Shown here: positions 8,711 to 18,195 of the stretch, piece by piece
How the letters are laid out: every line of letters begins with the position of its first letter
Numbering within the stretch: position 1 is the stretch's first letter
From: a virus
DNA length: 59,080 nucleotides
Direction: 5' to 3' (one strand)
Virus record (IMG/VR): IMGVR_UViG_3300025011_000007
The notes under the pieces: model-generated
The model's database searches: none
Seen by the model: the letters and a program-made list of their open reading frames with translations, nothing else
What the model was told of the DNA's origin: nothing
Program-made: the position numbers and the translations under genes

Positions 8711-9709
8711 TTACCTTGTAAAATAAGTATTTGCAACGGTAGGCAAAACAACTGAAGGGTAAGGAAATAATTTAAATGTGCCACTTCCTGCATCTGTTAT
8801 AGCAATTAAACCTGTCGCTCCACCTGCTATAGCATGTTCGACTGTATCATACAGAGTGCATTTGTTAGCGTCAGCACCTTCTCTAAGTCCATAAGTTGTA
8901 TTTTCCGCTAATCCTGTCGGTGCTGTTTTTCCTGCCTCAACACCTATTCTTACCGCTGTTCCTGTTGTTTGTCCGTGTGTGCATTTAATTACAGAAAGGT
9001 CTAAACTAAAAACACCATAATCTCCAATCAAAGGCCTAAAAGAACCCAAACTATCCATAGAATAATATCTAGCGCCATCAGCAGGAACTCTATTTATTGC
9101 GTTTAATGAAACGGTTTGACCTGCTGAAAAGCCATTATATTGATACACCGTATCATCAACCCAATCACCGCCTACTTTAATTTGTGCTTTATAATATAAT
9201 GGCATATAGGTAGGGTAAGTTGTCGAAGATCTAACTGTATGTTTTGTTACTATCTTAGGTGATGGAAAATCTAATTGTAAATAATAGTCAAGACCTCCAA
9301 CATCTCCTGAATCCCAATAATCAGCAGGGTTGTCATCCATACCAAGATATGCTGTTGCATTTCCATGATTAGAACTAGCTGTATAACCACCATCAGAGTT
9401 AGCTGCCATAGTTTTTAAACGTATTGCAGAATCATAGAAACCCCCGTCTTTAGCCCCTAAAAATCCTGCTTCTTTCCACGCTGTATATAAAGCAGAATCG
9501 CTTAAATCTAATGTTGCGCCATTGAGAAGTTGTACTCCTGTTGATCGGCTTAAAGACCCATTGTCATAAAAAGGGATACCTATTGGCATAACAATAGAAT
9601 TATCAACAGCATATTTTAAATACATTAAATTTTCGTTTAAAATATCGGGATTGCAATTTGCTACATCTTTTAAAGTTGCATTATCCGTGAAAGTATAAGG
9701 GTTTGTCAT
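8711..9709 (-). CDS. Tail fibre / receptor-binding protein with a discoidin (F5/8 type C, galactose-binding-like) domain
   Basis: AYLGMDDNPADYWDSGDVGGLDYYLQLDFPSPKIVTKHTV resembles the 'DG...T.W.s....w..vDlg....v' pattern of CBM-like domains. Confidence 0.55.
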   Translation of the reverse strand: MTNPYTFTDNATLKDVANCNPDILNENLMYLKYAVDNSIVMPIGIPFYDNGSLSRSTGVQLLNGATLDLSDSALYTAWKEAGFLGAKDGGFYDSAIRLKTMAANSDGGYTASSNHGNATAYLGMDDNPADYWDSGDVGGLDYYLQLDFPSPKIVTKHTVRSSTTYPTYMPLYYKAQIKVGGDWVDDTVYQYNGFSAGQTVSLNAINRVPADGARYYSMDSLGSFRPLIGDYGVFSLDLSVIKCTHGQTTGTAVRIGVEAGKTAPTGLAENTTYGLREGADANKCTLYDTVEHAIAGGATGLIAITDAGSGTFKLFPYPSVVLPTVANTYFTR

Positions 9710-9712
9710 TTT

Positions 9713-9838
9713 TTAAGCTCCAAATTTGTCAATAATTTCTTGTTTAAGCCACATCAAACATTCATTTAAAATATCTGGGTCAGCTTCTGCTATCCCTGCT
9801 TCTGTAGGGTTATCAGTCCAAGTGTAAGGATTGGCCAT
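9713..9838 (-). CDS. 41-aa ORF paralogous to the N-terminus of fibre 8711..9709 (truncated fibre anchor module)
   Basis: MANPYTWTDNPTEAGIAEADPDILNECLMWLKQ aligns with MTNPYTFTDNATLKDVANCNPDILNENLMYLKY. Stop at 9713, 4 nt before the next start. Not in the ORF track (<60 aa). Confidence 0.4.
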   Translation of the reverse strand: MANPYTWTDNPTEAGIAEADPDILNECLMWLKQEIIDKFGA

Positions 9839-9865
9839 AATTTAATATCCTTTCTGTGTTATAAA

Positions 9866-12688
9866 TTAGTACCCTGCAACTTGTATATTCACAAAGCCTG
9901 TTGTTAAACTTCCAGAATTGTTGTAAAGCTTAATTGTGCAACTTGTTGAACTACTTGCAGTAACTACGGCATAGGAAGAATTGCTTTTTGAGGTTGCTAA
10001 AATTTGTGGTTCTGTAATTATAAAATTCTCGGCAATTTTGCTTTCCAAATCTGTTGAAAAAGTTATAGTGATTCCATCATTTGCAACTGTTATTTCACGA
10101 TTTGTGTAACGTTCCGACCTATCTGGCACATCCACATTCATTACAAAATTGCTGACCATTACAGGAGTTCCGTTGGGGCTACTTATTGTGATTCTTGCCT
10201 GATAATATCTAAATTGATAAGAACCTGTATTAATAAGCGCATAATCGCTCCAAGTGATATTGTCCTCACTGTATCGCCACTCAGTAACAGCAGAGCTTAA
10301 AGAATCGACTTTATAAACATTGTAATTACTACTTATAATAGAATTAAGATTAGCTCCGATGTCATAAACCTGTGATTCATACACTCCAGAAGTTGCAACA
10401 GCAGGATTCCACTTATTGTTAAAATCCGCATAATATCTACTGCCTGAATTAGTCCATTTAACAGGAGTTAAATCCTGCCATAAACCTACTGGATTTAATT
10501 TTAAACGATTTTTGTAAATGTAAGTATTTGTATGCGTTCCTATTGGATTTTCAAATATACTTTGCTCAACAACTATATTAAGGTTAGGTATTGCATCAAT
10601 TTGAATAACATCAAAAATAGCGTTTGCGGAATACTCTAATCCGGTCCATGCTTTAATCCAATACTTTAAAGTACCTTTTTTATTGAGATTAAGTGTATAA
10701 GTATTCCCTTTGATTTCTGAAGCAACGAGTGTTGAATTAATCCAACTTTCTCCCTCTCTTATTTCGTAACTAATATTAGTGCCCGTTATTTCCTGCCACG
10801 TGAATTGTAAAAGCCTTAAATTTTGTACTATATTGAAATTTGTAATATCGGCAGGAATAGCATAAGGATCATTAAGAGTAGTTATAATAACTAAAGGCTC
10901 TCCGCTTGCCATTTCATCATTATATAAATTAACATCGTAAGGTGTGCCATGCACATCAAAAACACCGCTTCTGTCATCTACAAGCTTTGTAATCTTTAAA
11001 TTATAAGTTTGTCCCATTAATAAAGACGGTACAGTTATGATATCACCAATTTCACGCTCTGATATTCTATAATCAGTTGAAAATTTATAAATAAAAGGAC
11101 ATAGAATTTTTCTATTTAAATAATACCAAGCAAGCAAAGAGGCTTGTTGATGATTAGTTATGCTATAAACATCTACTTGATGAGCTATAGCAGGTTCATT
11201 TATGTATGTAAAAAGCTCAGCCTGTGCTACGACTTTAGCCCATTCATAAAGAGGGCTTATGTACTCAATTCTTAAAATATCATAATGATCTTCTAGGGGA
11301 ATCGGGGTGTAGACTTCTGATCCTTGAATAATATCATTTTCAGTAAGAACTTGAACGACATCTCCGGGCATATCAATTTTAAACTGTATTTTTTCACCTT
11401 TGGTAACTAAAGCCCCTCTACAATTCTTTTTAAATTCTTCAATAGCGTCTCTTACGGAATAAACTGAATCGAATACCATATTGAAGGTAAATCTAGGGGT
11501 AGCTGTTCCTCCAGTTAAGAATGTTTTTGATAAAACTGTTACTATCCCAGTTCCATCGTTCAAATCAGCATTATTGACCTTTACAAGTGCCGAAGCGGTG
11601 ACTGAATTATTAATTAAAGAAATAATATCACTTGCTGTTGAAGTAACTACAGAACTTGAATTTGTTGCAAGCTGTATATTAATGTCTTTTCCTGTCACTG
11701 TAATAACTAAAGGTTTGCTTGCTCCTGCATTAGTATAAGCAATTGACACAGTCGAATCATTAGCCTTGCGAGCTTTGAATATTAAATCATTGTTATTTCC
11801 TGTTAGAGCGGTAGTTAATTCATAGTAGGTGAGTGTTTGATTGCAATAAGTAGCGGCATCAATGAAGCTTTGAATATCTAAATGTTTGGCTATTGTTGCA
11901 TTATCAATTAAACCTGTGTTTAATAAAGCCATTCCTGCGCCGTTATAAGATATAAGCATGTCCAGCAAACACCATGCAGGATTATTACTGTAAACAGTAG
12001 TGTAAGCGGTCGGAGTTGTATAAACTCTTACTAATCTGCCTTTAACGACAGCAGTAAGATTGTAATTTTCGTTTATTTTGTCGGATTTCGGGCAAGAAAT
12101 AGCCAAATAAGCAAGATTTTTAAGCCCCCCTACAAGCTCCGCTCTTGCGGCATTATTAGCACCCGAAACAAGTGTTGAAATTTGTTGTGTCGGCGTGCCG
12201 TAGAATTTTTCTATCGTGCAGCCAGAAATTTCTGTATAAGGAATATCGTTTAATCTTATATCTGTAAAATCTTCAATTTCTCCGTCACCAAAAGCGATAA
12301 TCCTTTTTATTGTTGATTCGCCAGATTCATTTTGCCAGATTCTATTGCCCGCAAGTTTAACCTCGCCATAAGGCATTGCAATAGGCAATTTATTGTTTGT
12401 TTGTGTTTGCAAAACAGGGTTTGAGTAAGAGGGGCTTGACTCCATGCCCATACTCATATTTTTACCAATAGAACCAGATTTTGTTAAAGCAATACCACCA
12501 TAAATCAAAGCACCTACAGTTATAGTTGCAGTAGCATAGCCAAGTAGAGCAGCAGCCGTTAAACCAATAGCCCCAGCCGTAGCGGTAAAGACAGCTGCAA
12601 CTATAGCAGTAAAAACAAAACCGCCCTTTTTGCGGCGGCATATTCTTTTAAAAGCAACGTCTAATTTATAGTAAATTCTATAAAGCAT
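9866..12688 (-). CDS. Host-specificity / central tail-tip protein (lambda J / GTA g15-like) with an N-terminal Gly/Ala-rich hydrophobic segment
   Basis: 940 aa, directly after the NlpC/P60 and BR0599-like genes as in GTA-type tail modules. N-terminal GGFVFTAIVAAVFTATAGAIGLTAAALLGYATATITVGALIYGGIAL. Confidence 0.75.
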   Translation of the reverse strand: MLYRIYYKLDVAFKRICRRKKGGFVFTAIVAAVFTATAGAIGLTAAALLGYATATITVGALIYGGIALTKSGSIGKNMSMGMESSPSYSNPVLQTQTNNKLPIAMPYGEVKLAGNRIWQNESGESTIKRIIAFGDGEIEDFTDIRLNDIPYTEISGCTIEKFYGTPTQQISTLVSGANNAARAELVGGLKNLAYLAISCPKSDKINENYNLTAVVKGRLVRVYTTPTAYTTVYSNNPAWCLLDMLISYNGAGMALLNTGLIDNATIAKHLDIQSFIDAATYCNQTLTYYELTTALTGNNNDLIFKARKANDSTVSIAYTNAGASKPLVITVTGKDINIQLATNSSSVVTSTASDIISLINNSVTASALVKVNNADLNDGTGIVTVLSKTFLTGGTATPRFTFNMVFDSVYSVRDAIEEFKKNCRGALVTKGEKIQFKIDMPGDVVQVLTENDIIQGSEVYTPIPLEDHYDILRIEYISPLYEWAKVVAQAELFTYINEPAIAHQVDVYSITNHQQASLLAWYYLNRKILCPFIYKFSTDYRISEREIGDIITVPSLLMGQTYNLKITKLVDDRSGVFDVHGTPYDVNLYNDEMASGEPLVIITTLNDPYAIPADITNFNIVQNLRLLQFTWQEITGTNISYEIREGESWINSTLVASEIKGNTYTLNLNKKGTLKYWIKAWTGLEYSANAIFDVIQIDAIPNLNIVVEQSIFENPIGTHTNTYIYKNRLKLNPVGLWQDLTPVKWTNSGSRYYADFNNKWNPAVATSGVYESQVYDIGANLNSIISSNYNVYKVDSLSSAVTEWRYSEDNITWSDYALINTGSYQFRYYQARITISSPNGTPVMVSNFVMNVDVPDRSERYTNREITVANDGITITFSTDLESKIAENFIITEPQILATSKSNSSYAVVTASSSTSCTIKLYNNSGSLTTGFVNIQVAGY

Positions 12689-13067
12689 TAATTCTATACC
12701 ATTTCACTAAATGTTTATCAAAATAATCAACTTTGCTTATTCTCAAAGTATGTTCACGGAAAACGTGTATTATTCTTTGTTCTCCGATATATAAAGCAAC
12801 ATGAAGTTCTTTCCTAAATTTCGTTACGAGCATATCGCCCGCCTGGATTTCTTCTTTTGTAATTTCTGTACAATGTTTTTGGATTAAATCAATTCCGTAA
12901 TCCCAGTTATCCGCAGGGTCGGCAGTTGGAAGAGGAAATAGTGGAATGTTCTGGAAAACTTTGTAAATTGGATAAAAACAACCTTGATAAAGGTTTTCTG
13001 TATTTTCCCAAAACATTTGGTAAGGACGACCAATTTCTTTTTTTAATTCATTAATTTTGTTTATCAT
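12678..13067 (-). CDS. NlpC/P60-family cell-wall peptidase (GTA g14-like tail protein)
   Basis: Candidate catalytic Cys in QGCFYPIYKVF. GDMLVTKF...LHVALYIGEQRIIHV matches the 'GD.v....H.aiy.g....iH' pattern. Confidence 0.65.
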   Translation of the reverse strand: MINKINELKKEIGRPYQMFWENTENLYQGCFYPIYKVFQNIPLFPLPTADPADNWDYGIDLIQKHCTEITKEEIQAGDMLVTKFRKELHVALYIGEQRIIHVFREHTLRISKVDYFDKHLVKWYRINAL

Positions 13068-13111
13068 TTTGCCTCTATTCGTGTTATAATTTACTTACGG
13101 AGGTTTAAATT

Positions 13112-13330
13112 ATGAATATAATTTATAATATTGTTTTTTTAGGACATACAGATGTTGAACACTCTTGTACGCTTTTTTCTACATTTGATAAAAAAATTGC
13201 TATTGAAAAATTGAAAGAATTTCAAAATAAATATACTAATAAAGGCGACGGAATTAGACTTTTTGCAAGCAAATTAAACGCTGAAAAAAGAACGAAATTT
13301 TTGAAACTATATTTAAAAATTAAGCCTTAA
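13112..13330 (+). CDS. Counter-oriented small hypothetical protein (moron-like insert 2)
   Basis: 72 aa. tgttataat at 13082-13090 and SD ggagg. Its 3' end overlaps the convergent hub gene by 11 nt. Confidence 0.5.
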   Translation: MNIIYNIVFLGHTDVEHSCTLFSTFDKKIAIEKLKEFQNKYTNKGDGIRLFASKLNAEKRTKFLKLYLKIKP

Positions 13331-14657
13331 TAACTTGCTCTGACGGTAAATTGGGATATCCGGAGTACTGTTCTAAATTCCCATATCTCTTGCATGTTTG
13401 CAGAGTGCGATCGCATGAAAGCTGTGAGCCGGAATAATTACAGCGTGAATCCTTGAATTTTCTTAAATTACAATTAACTCCATAGCTCATAAACGGCATA
13501 GACTTGTCAAATCCACCTAAATGACAAACTACATCAAGACTTGCAGTAGTATCATTCAAGACAAGGTTATTAGCCTGACCTATAAATAGAATTTGTTCTG
13601 TGTTCGGGATAAGCGCAAAAGTTTCAGTATTTAAAAACACCTGTGTTAATTTACAATCACAACCTGTAATATTATCGCCATGAGTCCCTATTATTCCAGA
13701 AATTGCTTGACCCACATTAGATATAGATGCTTTCATCCTCGCAACTTCTGTGTTGTCTTCCCTTGCAGGAACTTGAACATCTAAAGGTGCACCTAAATAA
13801 ATTTGACCATCAAAAGTAAGGCTTGCCATTGTTTCGTTATCAAGAATCCTAACTGCGCCTGTAGGTACGTTAATTTCAAGAAGTTTTCTTGGGATTATTT
13901 CATCTCTTTCAAGAATTTCATCGGGCAATAAAGCAGGCTGCCAGACTTCTTTTATAGGTATACTTCTTTTTGCCCACCCTAAGAATGAATCAGCGGTTAA
14001 TTTATCCGTATCGAATCTTACCCAGTAAGTAACACCATCACCGCCTTTTGAAGTTTCCCAAGTCCATTGAAAAGCTTTAAATTTCCCTCTTTTAGAGATA
14101 AAGAAATCTTCTATTTGTCTGCCTACAATCGGATCTTTCTCAAAAGTTAATTCCCATGATTTTTTTGGAGAAGTCCATAAAGCGCGCCTATTATTTTGTG
14201 CTGTTAAAACTTTGTCCATTAAAGTATTAAAATCTAAAGAGAATTTATATTGAGTGTCGTAATAAAAATCAAAGTCTGTGACAGGTGTTATGGCATTGGT
14301 ATCAATAGTGATAAATTTAAGTTCTGTTTCTGTAAATCCCATGTGGTGAAGGTTTTCTTTCAGGGTGTCATTATCAAGATAGCAAGTATAAGTTACATCG
14401 GTAGCGTTTCCGCTTTCTTCTTTCTTCCAAGTCCAAGTGAAAGGCAAAGCACCGCCTTTAATTGATATAAAAAACGCTTCAACGCTCGCTCTTAAAGTAG
14501 GGTCTTTGTCGAATTTAAGCGTAAAAGTTCTTTTTGGATAGATAAATTTAGGGTATCTTTGCTCTCTGCCCTGCTGTTTATCATTTACCTGTGTATCAAA
14601 CTCGATTTCAGAGGTATAAGCTTCTTTATATGTGATTGTAAATGAAGGTGTTGGCAT
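13320..14657 (-). CDS. Distal tail/hub protein: duplicated DUF2460-like N-terminal modules fused to a DUF2163/BR0599-like C-terminus
   Basis: Internal repeat TFTLKFDKDPTLRASVEAFFISIKGGALPFTWTW / SWELTFEKDPIVGRQIEDFFISKRGKFKAFQWTW. C-terminal CNLRKFKDSRCNYSG...CDRTLQTCKRYGNLEQYSGYPNLP (BR0599 Cys pattern). Confidence 0.7.
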   Translation of the reverse strand: MPTPSFTITYKEAYTSEIEFDTQVNDKQQGREQRYPKFIYPKRTFTLKFDKDPTLRASVEAFFISIKGGALPFTWTWKKEESGNATDVTYTCYLDNDTLKENLHHMGFTETELKFITIDTNAITPVTDFDFYYDTQYKFSLDFNTLMDKVLTAQNNRRALWTSPKKSWELTFEKDPIVGRQIEDFFISKRGKFKAFQWTWETSKGGDGVTYWVRFDTDKLTADSFLGWAKRSIPIKEVWQPALLPDEILERDEIIPRKLLEINVPTGAVRILDNETMASLTFDGQIYLGAPLDVQVPAREDNTEVARMKASISNVGQAISGIIGTHGDNITGCDCKLTQVFLNTETFALIPNTEQILFIGQANNLVLNDTTASLDVVCHLGGFDKSMPFMSYGVNCNLRKFKDSRCNYSGSQLSCDRTLQTCKRYGNLEQYSGYPNLPSEQVIKA

Positions 14658-14704
14658 GTATGTTATAATCCTATTTGTTACTTATAAATAAGGGGGTTTA
14701 AAAA

Positions 14705-15010
14705 ATGCAAAATTCAAAAACATCTGCCAAATTATTGATGTTAAAATCAGTTTTGGCAGAAAAACAAAAAATTACTTTAATCACCAATTTTGGAATTATA
14801 TCTGGTGATTCTTGCAAAGAAGAAGCGATAAAACTTTCAGAAAAATGCAATCAATTAAAACAATCATCAGAAGATTTCAAAAATGACGTTTTTAATGAGG
14901 ACGCTGATTTTATTTATTTAAAAAATGTTGAATTAATCACAAATAATGTTAGTTATAAATATGAATCTTTGATTGTATTTATTGATGAAATAAAGGCAAT
15001 CAATTATTAA
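14705..15010 (+). CDS. Counter-oriented small hypothetical protein (moron-like insert 3)
   Basis: 101 aa. tgttataat at 14661-14669 and SD aaggggg. Convergent 4-nt overlap with the tape-measure stop. Confidence 0.5.
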   Translation: MQNSKTSAKLLMLKSVLAEKQKITLITNFGIISGDSCKEEAIKLSEKCNQLKQSSEDFKNDVFNEDADFIYLKNVELITNNVSYKYESLIVFIDEIKAINY

Positions 15011-17916
15011 CTAGACTGTTTAATAATAGTTCTAGCACCATTAACATTGTCTTTTATATTACTATTCTGAATATTCGCAATATCTTTAGCGTGAGCATAC
15101 AGATATTGTTTAACATCTTGCGAATCCCAGGCTTTAATATTGTAATTGTTTATAATTGCAACCGTTCCCGACTGTTGCTGACCGCCCGTATTAAATCCAT
15201 CTGTATTTGGTCTTATATATCCGTTTTGATTTGGTACAAAAATTTCTTGTCTTTTTTCTCCGACAATATATGGTGTTCCTGCTGTTACTGGTCCGCCATT
15301 TTCTCTACGTGCAAAACTTGCTATTAATGCTGCTGTTCCAACTGCTGCTCCAACTGCCAAAGCAGGACCAACAATAGGTATTCCGACTACTGCTTTTATT
15401 GCCGAAACAATAGCTGATTTTGAATTAATAGCAATTTCTTTTAAAGCTGTACTTTCCGTAATAGCTTGCATTGTAAGATGTTCTTTAAGCCATGTTTTTG
15501 TCATATCCATAGCAAGGTTAGCAAAAGCGTTTCTTATAACGCTTGTAGTTGATGTAAAAGCATCTTGAAAAGTCAAAGTTCCGTTAATAAGCTGTCCGAC
15601 TTGATTACTCCAACCGCTTGCTAAATCATCAGTAAAATTAAGCATACGAGCTTGTTTTTTCTGATCTGCTTCAGCTTCAATCTGTTCTCTGGTTAAAGTA
15701 TGTCTTTTTATAATATCTGATTTATTTTGTTCTATTTTTTCAAGTTCTGCCGGATCGTTAGCATACCTTGTTTTCATCCTTTCAATTTCTTGAAGCTCTA
15801 AATCTTTCTTAAAGTTATCAAATTCAATTAAAATTTCTTTTTCTTTTTCAATAGAAGGGGAATTAAGCAATTTTGCATCGACTGAAAGCTGTTCTTTACC
15901 TATGGAATATTCATTAGAGGAACTTGCTTTCTGGTCTGCTATTTGTAAACGAGCTTCTTGTAATTGCAAAGACCTTTGTTCTGCAAGTTCAGATTTTTTA
16001 GCAGTAGTGAGATAGTCATTTTGAGTTATTAATTGTTTCTTTTTAGTTTCGGTTATTTTCTCAATGGCTTTAACTTGTTTATCAGCTTCAGACTCAATAG
16101 CGGATATAGCTTCTGGTTTATTCGTAGCGTTTCCGCTAGAAATATTGATAATATCATCTCTTTTCTTCTTTTTTATTTGGTCTATTGCATCTTGAGATTC
16201 TTTTGTTAATTGCTGTTCAATATCAGATTGTCTTTTAAAATGGTCAATTTCTAAGGTCAATTCTTCATTAAATACTCTATCAGTATCTTTTAAGCCTAGT
16301 TTTCTTAATTCAGCTTTTACTTGATAGGATTTATATAAAAGATTTTTTTCTTCATCAATATTTTTTGATTCTTCTTGAAGCCTTTGGCTGAATTTAGTTG
16401 TATAATCGCCATAACCTATGGTTTCTTTGTCTATTTTGACAGTAGTTGCCTTTTTTGTACTGCTTGTTTTTGTAGAATCTGTATTAGTGCCATTATCTCC
16501 TCCCTTTTTATCCAGATAATCACCAAGAGGATTATTTAATAGTTTTATGTTTTCATTTGATTTTTTTATACTTGCTTCAAGTTTTTTAATCTGCGATTCT
16601 GTCTGAATCATCCCCTTTAATGCTTGTTTTTGGGGTTCATTCATTTTTGTTTGTGTAGGAATTCCTTCCGCTCCACCCTCATAAACAAATTGTTGAGATG
16701 ATGCGCTTATATTTTCTTTTTTAATGTTAGCAAGTTCTTTTTGGGCTTGGGAAAGCTGCTTTTTTGTTTCTGCAATATTAGCTTTTTCGGCTTCAAGAGC
16801 TTCTTGTCTATTTGCTTTAGCTAACAATTCAGTTATTTTAAGTAATGAAGTTTTTTTATCTATTAATTCTTGGATTTTATCAGCATATTTGGGATATATA
16901 GAGATCAATTTCTCTTTAGACTCTTTTAATTGTAATTCGTCAGAAACTTGTTTATTTTGTTTTTTATTTAACTCTTCAATTTTTGACAGCAGATCAGCAG
17001 TGGCTTTTTCTTGGTTCACATAAGCCGTCTTAATTTTATCTGATTGAGTTTCAGTACCAGTCATAATTTTTACATTTTGACTTAATATGCCTATAGCATC
17101 TTTTGCAGCGGTTGTTATAGAAATTAATAAGTCCACCGTTCCTTTTGCTATAGGCATAAAAATATCGCCTATATTTTTAGAAACCAAAGTCCATGCATCA
17201 CCAAGAGTAGATAAACGACCTGTTAAAGATCCGCTTTGTTTGTCCATCATTCCAAAAAATCTGCCACCTTCTGATGTAGCAGCTTTAAAGGCATCTCTAA
17301 CCATGCTTGATGATATTGCGCCCTTTTCCATTTGGTCTTTTAGCTCACCCATACTTTTGCCAGTTTTTTTGCTTATTTCTTGCAAAGGGTTAAATCCTGC
17401 ATTAACCATTTGCAGTAAATCTTGCCCCATCAAACGACCTGTTGCTGACATTTGCGCAAAAGCTAAAGTTAAACTATCTAATTTTTGTTGATCTCCTCCT
17501 GATACATCACCAAGCATTTGAAGAGTTGGCAATATTTCATTAGCAGAAGCACCAAAAGATAATAGCAGTTTCGTGTTTTGTAAAAGCCCCTCTGTATTGA
17601 ATGGAGTAACATTGGCAAAATTTTGCAAGTCTCCTAATAATGATTTAGCTCTATCAGCACTGCCAAGCATTACTTCAAGGGATATACTATATTGCTCAAA
17701 CCTTGCCGCTGTACCTAATGCTGCCTTTCCTCCTGCAATAATTGCAGCAGTAACAGCAGCCAGTCCTAATGCTTTTGGATCTATACCTATAGAAGACAAA
17801 GCTGATTTAGCTTTATCTCCAAATGAATTAGTTTGACTTTCAGCTTTATTTAAGGCTGAAAGGTATTTATCAACTTCAGCTGATATTATTAATTTTAATT
17901 CGTTATTTTGAGGCAT
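15007..17916 (-). CDS. Tail tape measure protein
   Basis: 969 aa. N-terminal TMP-like region (FANVTPFNTEGLLQNTKLLLSFG...LMGQDLLQMVNAGFNPL), long coiled-coil middle and hydrophobic Gly-rich C-terminal part. Position is downstream of the chaperone. Confidence 0.85.
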   Translation of the reverse strand: MPQNNELKLIISAEVDKYLSALNKAESQTNSFGDKAKSALSSIGIDPKALGLAAVTAAIIAGGKAALGTAARFEQYSISLEVMLGSADRAKSLLGDLQNFANVTPFNTEGLLQNTKLLLSFGASANEILPTLQMLGDVSGGDQQKLDSLTLAFAQMSATGRLMGQDLLQMVNAGFNPLQEISKKTGKSMGELKDQMEKGAISSSMVRDAFKAATSEGGRFFGMMDKQSGSLTGRLSTLGDAWTLVSKNIGDIFMPIAKGTVDLLISITTAAKDAIGILSQNVKIMTGTETQSDKIKTAYVNQEKATADLLSKIEELNKKQNKQVSDELQLKESKEKLISIYPKYADKIQELIDKKTSLLKITELLAKANRQEALEAEKANIAETKKQLSQAQKELANIKKENISASSQQFVYEGGAEGIPTQTKMNEPQKQALKGMIQTESQIKKLEASIKKSNENIKLLNNPLGDYLDKKGGDNGTNTDSTKTSSTKKATTVKIDKETIGYGDYTTKFSQRLQEESKNIDEEKNLLYKSYQVKAELRKLGLKDTDRVFNEELTLEIDHFKRQSDIEQQLTKESQDAIDQIKKKKRDDIINISSGNATNKPEAISAIESEADKQVKAIEKITETKKKQLITQNDYLTTAKKSELAEQRSLQLQEARLQIADQKASSSNEYSIGKEQLSVDAKLLNSPSIEKEKEILIEFDNFKKDLELQEIERMKTRYANDPAELEKIEQNKSDIIKRHTLTREQIEAEADQKKQARMLNFTDDLASGWSNQVGQLINGTLTFQDAFTSTTSVIRNAFANLAMDMTKTWLKEHLTMQAITESTALKEIAINSKSAIVSAIKAVVGIPIVGPALAVGAAVGTAALIASFARRENGGPVTAGTPYIVGEKRQEIFVPNQNGYIRPNTDGFNTGGQQQSGTVAIINNYNIKAWDSQDVKQYLYAHAKDIANIQNSNIKDNVNGARTIIKQSS

Positions 17917-17960
17917 TTAAAAATTTCCTATAAATTTCGTGTTAAACTTTATAGTTAAAA

Positions 17961-18164
17961 ATGGAGGTATTTATGGACGCTTTTTTTGGTTTATTACTTA
18001 TATGCTTACTTATTTATATTTACTTTATTCCAACAGTTGTAGCTTCAAATAGAAGCCACAACAATAAAACACCGATATTATTAGTTAATTTGTTTTTCGG
18101 ATGGACTTTTGTTGGATGGGTAACAGCTCTTATATGGTCCTGTACCGATAATGTAAATAAATAG
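17961..18164 (+). CDS. Superinfection immunity (Imm_superinfect-like) membrane protein. The probable start is the ATG at 17973.
   Basis: YFIPTVVASNRSHNNKTPILLVNLFFGWTFVGWVTALIWSC matches the Imm family consensus. SD ggagg precedes the second ATG. Confidence 0.75.
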   Translation: MEVFMDAFFGLLLICLLIYIYFIPTVVASNRSHNNKTPILLVNLFFGWTFVGWVTALIWSCTDNVNK

Positions 18165-18195
18165 TTAAACTTTTATAGTTTTAAAAAGAGGATTT

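Noticed and set aside
15091-17836. Plus-strand ORFs 15091..15327, 16724..17023, 17087..17491 and 17573..17836
   Set aside because: They are shadow ORFs on the opposite strand of the 969-aa tape measure gene. The sequences are low-complexity Ser/Phe/Leu-rich with no ribosome-binding sites.
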